From: Myxococcota bacterium
Lineage (GTDB): Bacteria > Myxococcota > SpSt-1050
Reading direction: 5' to 3'
DNA: 17,396 nucleotides
NCBI GenBank assembly: GCA_049969675.1
Contig: JBMFOP010000068.1
Span: 1-17,396, forward strand
Every line of letters starts with the position of its first letter. Position 1 is the stretch's first letter. The position numbers were made by a program, and so were the translations under genes. The notes under the pieces are model-generated. The model worked only from the letters and a program-made list of their open reading frames with translations. It had not been told where the DNA came from and ran no database searches. This document shows positions 15,729 through 17,396 of this stretch, in pieces.

Positions 15729-17396
15729 ATGGGCGAACGTTTTGGAAAGTTTGAGATAATCACCAGGATCGCCACAGGCGGGATGGCGGAGATATTCCTT
15801 GCAAAGCAGGTTGGAATAGAAGGATTCCAGAAACTGATTGTGATAAAGAGGATTCTCCCTCATCTCTCATCTGATAAAGAGTTTGTAAATATGTTTCTGG
15901 ATGAGGCGAGGATGGCGGCTCAGCTGAACCATCCGAATATTGTGCAGATATATGACCTTGGAGTTATTGAGGGTTCATATTTTATTGCGATGGAATATAT
16001 AGATGGAGTGGATATTTCATCAATATTAAAAAAAGGGAGAGAGAAAAAGAACTTTTTGAGACTCGGCTGGATATTGAAGATAATATCTCAGGTCTGCGAA
16101 GGACTGTATTATGCCCATACATTAAAAGATTCAAATGGTATTCCTCTTGGACTGATTCACAGAGATATAACTCCAGAGAATCTATTAGTCTCATTTACGG
16201 GGAGTGTAAAGATTACAGACTTCGGGATTGCCCGTGCACGCGGACGTTCTACGAGTACCACCTCCGGTACACTAAAGGGGAAATTCCCATATATGTTCTA
16301 TGAGATGGTTAAGGGGATGGAGATTGACGCGAGGTCAGATATCTTCTCTTTGGGGATTGTTATGTGGGAGATGCTTACATACAGGAGGTTATTTAAGCGT
16401 GATACAGAGGTGGCATCTATAAATGCCATATTGAATGAAGAGATACCTTCCCCCAAGAAGTATTTTAAGAACCTGCCCGATGGGGTTGAGAAGATAGTTA
16501 TGAAGGCGCTTGAGAGGGATAGAGATAAGAGATTTCAGACAGCCCGAGAGATGGGGAATGCGATTGAGGACTTTATCTCTCAGAAGAGGGTAATTGTCAG
16601 GATATCGGACTTGAGCGATTATCTTACAGAATTATTTCCGGACAGAGGGATTTCTGGTGATAAGAAATTGACCTCCTCAAAGATTGATAAGATTGTAGAG
16701 ATAAAGGAGCATAAGAGTGCAAGTAACAGCCTTCCGGTAATTACCATCCAGAAGAAGAATCCGGTGGGTGAAAATGGGACCGTGGTCTTGCCTCCGCCTA
16801 CATTAGAGATTAAGCCTGAGCCAGAAGGGGGGATAGATGGCAATCAGGAGATTGAGAAGAAAGGAGAGGAGATAAGTTCAGACTCAAATGTAAAGCCACT
16901 CCCAAAGGTTATTGAGGAGATGGAAATTGGGGGTCATTATGTACAGGAAGATAAAATAAGTAACAGGCATAATGAAGGGACTAAATCTGAATCTTTAGAA
17001 GTAGCAAGAGAGGTAATTGCAACTACACCTTCAAATAAACAATCAGGTAAGAGAAATCTCCTGATTGCAGCAGTATTGATGAGTCTTGTGTTATTGGTGG
17101 GCGTTATCTTCTTTGTACTTAATTTGGGTAAGAGAGATGAGGCGGTTCTTAATACAACTCCTAAATTATTAAAAGAGGAGGGTGAGAAGAAGGCGTCTGG
17201 GATAGGAGAGAAAGAGGTGGTGGAGGAGAGGAAGGAGATGGGAGATGCAGAGAGGAGCGAAGTGGAGAAAGAGAAGATGGAGCAGAGTATAGAAGAGAAA
17301 AACAGGAAAGCAGAGACGGTCAGAAAGAAGGAGCAGAAGGTAGCATCAGTGGAGAGACCGAAGATTCAGGAGAATGTAAAGAAGGTTGAAAAGATG
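15729..17396 (+). CDS. Membrane-anchored Hanks-type Ser/Thr protein kinase, 3'-truncated by window edge (absent from ORF track)
   Basis: Manual translation from ATG 15729: MGERFGKFEIITRIATGGMAEIFLAKQ...VIKRI...HPNIVQIYD...HRDITPEN...DFGIAR...SDIFSLG; P/E-rich linker; TM LLIAAVLMSLVLLVGVIFFVL (~17058-17120); K/E-rich tail open to the end of the window. Confidence 0.93.
   Translation, partial: MGERFGKFEIITRIATGGMAEIFLAKQVGIEGFQKLIVIKRILPHLSSDKEFVNMFLDEARMAAQLNHPNIVQIYDLGVIEGSYFIAMEYIDGVDISSILKKGREKKNFLRLGWILKIISQVCEGLYYAHTLKDSNGIPLGLIHRDITPENLLVSFTGSVKITDFGIARARGRSTSTTSGTLKGKFPYMFYEMVKGMEIDARSDIFSLGIVMWEMLTYRRLFKRDTEVASINAILNEEIPSPKKYFKNLPDGVEKIVMKALERDRDKRFQTAREMGNAIEDFISQKRVIVRISDLSDYLTELFPDRGISGDKKLTSSKIDKIVEIKEHKSASNSLPVITIQKKNPVGENGTVVLPPPTLEIKPEPEGGIDGNQEIEKKGEEISSDSNVKPLPKVIEEMEIGGHYVQEDKISNRHNEGTKSESLEVAREVIATTPSNKQSGKRNLLIAAVLMSLVLLVGVIFFVLNLGKRDEAVLNTTPKLLKEEGEKKASGIGEKEVVEERKEMGDAERSEVEKEKMEQSIEEKNRKAETVRKKEQKVASVERPKIQENVKKVEKM

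Noticed and set aside
6419..16843. Remaining short alternative-frame ORFs (e.g. 6419-6676, 7686-8006, 9261-9578, 9457-9867, 10504-10731, 11170-11988, 12762-12962, 15056-15271, 15982-16194, 16619-16843)
   Set aside because: All overlap well-supported + strand genes and lack recognisable motifs; the last two lie inside the second kinase.
17160..17396. Extreme purine-rich stretch as a repeat element
   Set aside because: Encodes the K/E-rich extracytoplasmic stalk of the second kinase; no tandem unit.

Overview
AT-rich (roughly 35-40% GC by eye) bacterial chromosomal segment from a diderm (LPS-making) organism; every well-supported gene is on the + strand. The two Ser/Thr kinases are of the myxobacterial style, pointing to a Myxococcota/deltaproteobacterial lineage. 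Order: batB-batC fusion, batD, batE, stand-alone cNMP-binding protein, mlaC-like gene, small hypothetical; a 430-bp IS4-family-derived non-autonomous element (5961-6390, - strand); a tightly packed ~8-kb operon-like block (nucleoside deaminase-like amidohydrolase, Ser/Thr kinase with a C-terminal ribbon-helix-helix-like domain, divergent UPRT, hpt, membrane protein, helical-repeat lipoprotein, lptC, lptA, lptB); a second, inverted, decayed copy of the same IS4 element (14389-~14730); a PIG-L deacetylase lipoprotein; and a membrane-anchored Ser/Thr kinase that runs off the window and is missing from the ORF track. Best leads: (i) a kinase-RHH one-component regulator embedded among nucleobase-salvage genes, (ii) inverted IS4 relics bracketing exactly the 8-kb operon, (iii) a UPRT with an altered uracil-binding motif. 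All calls come from reading motifs by eye; no searches were run.
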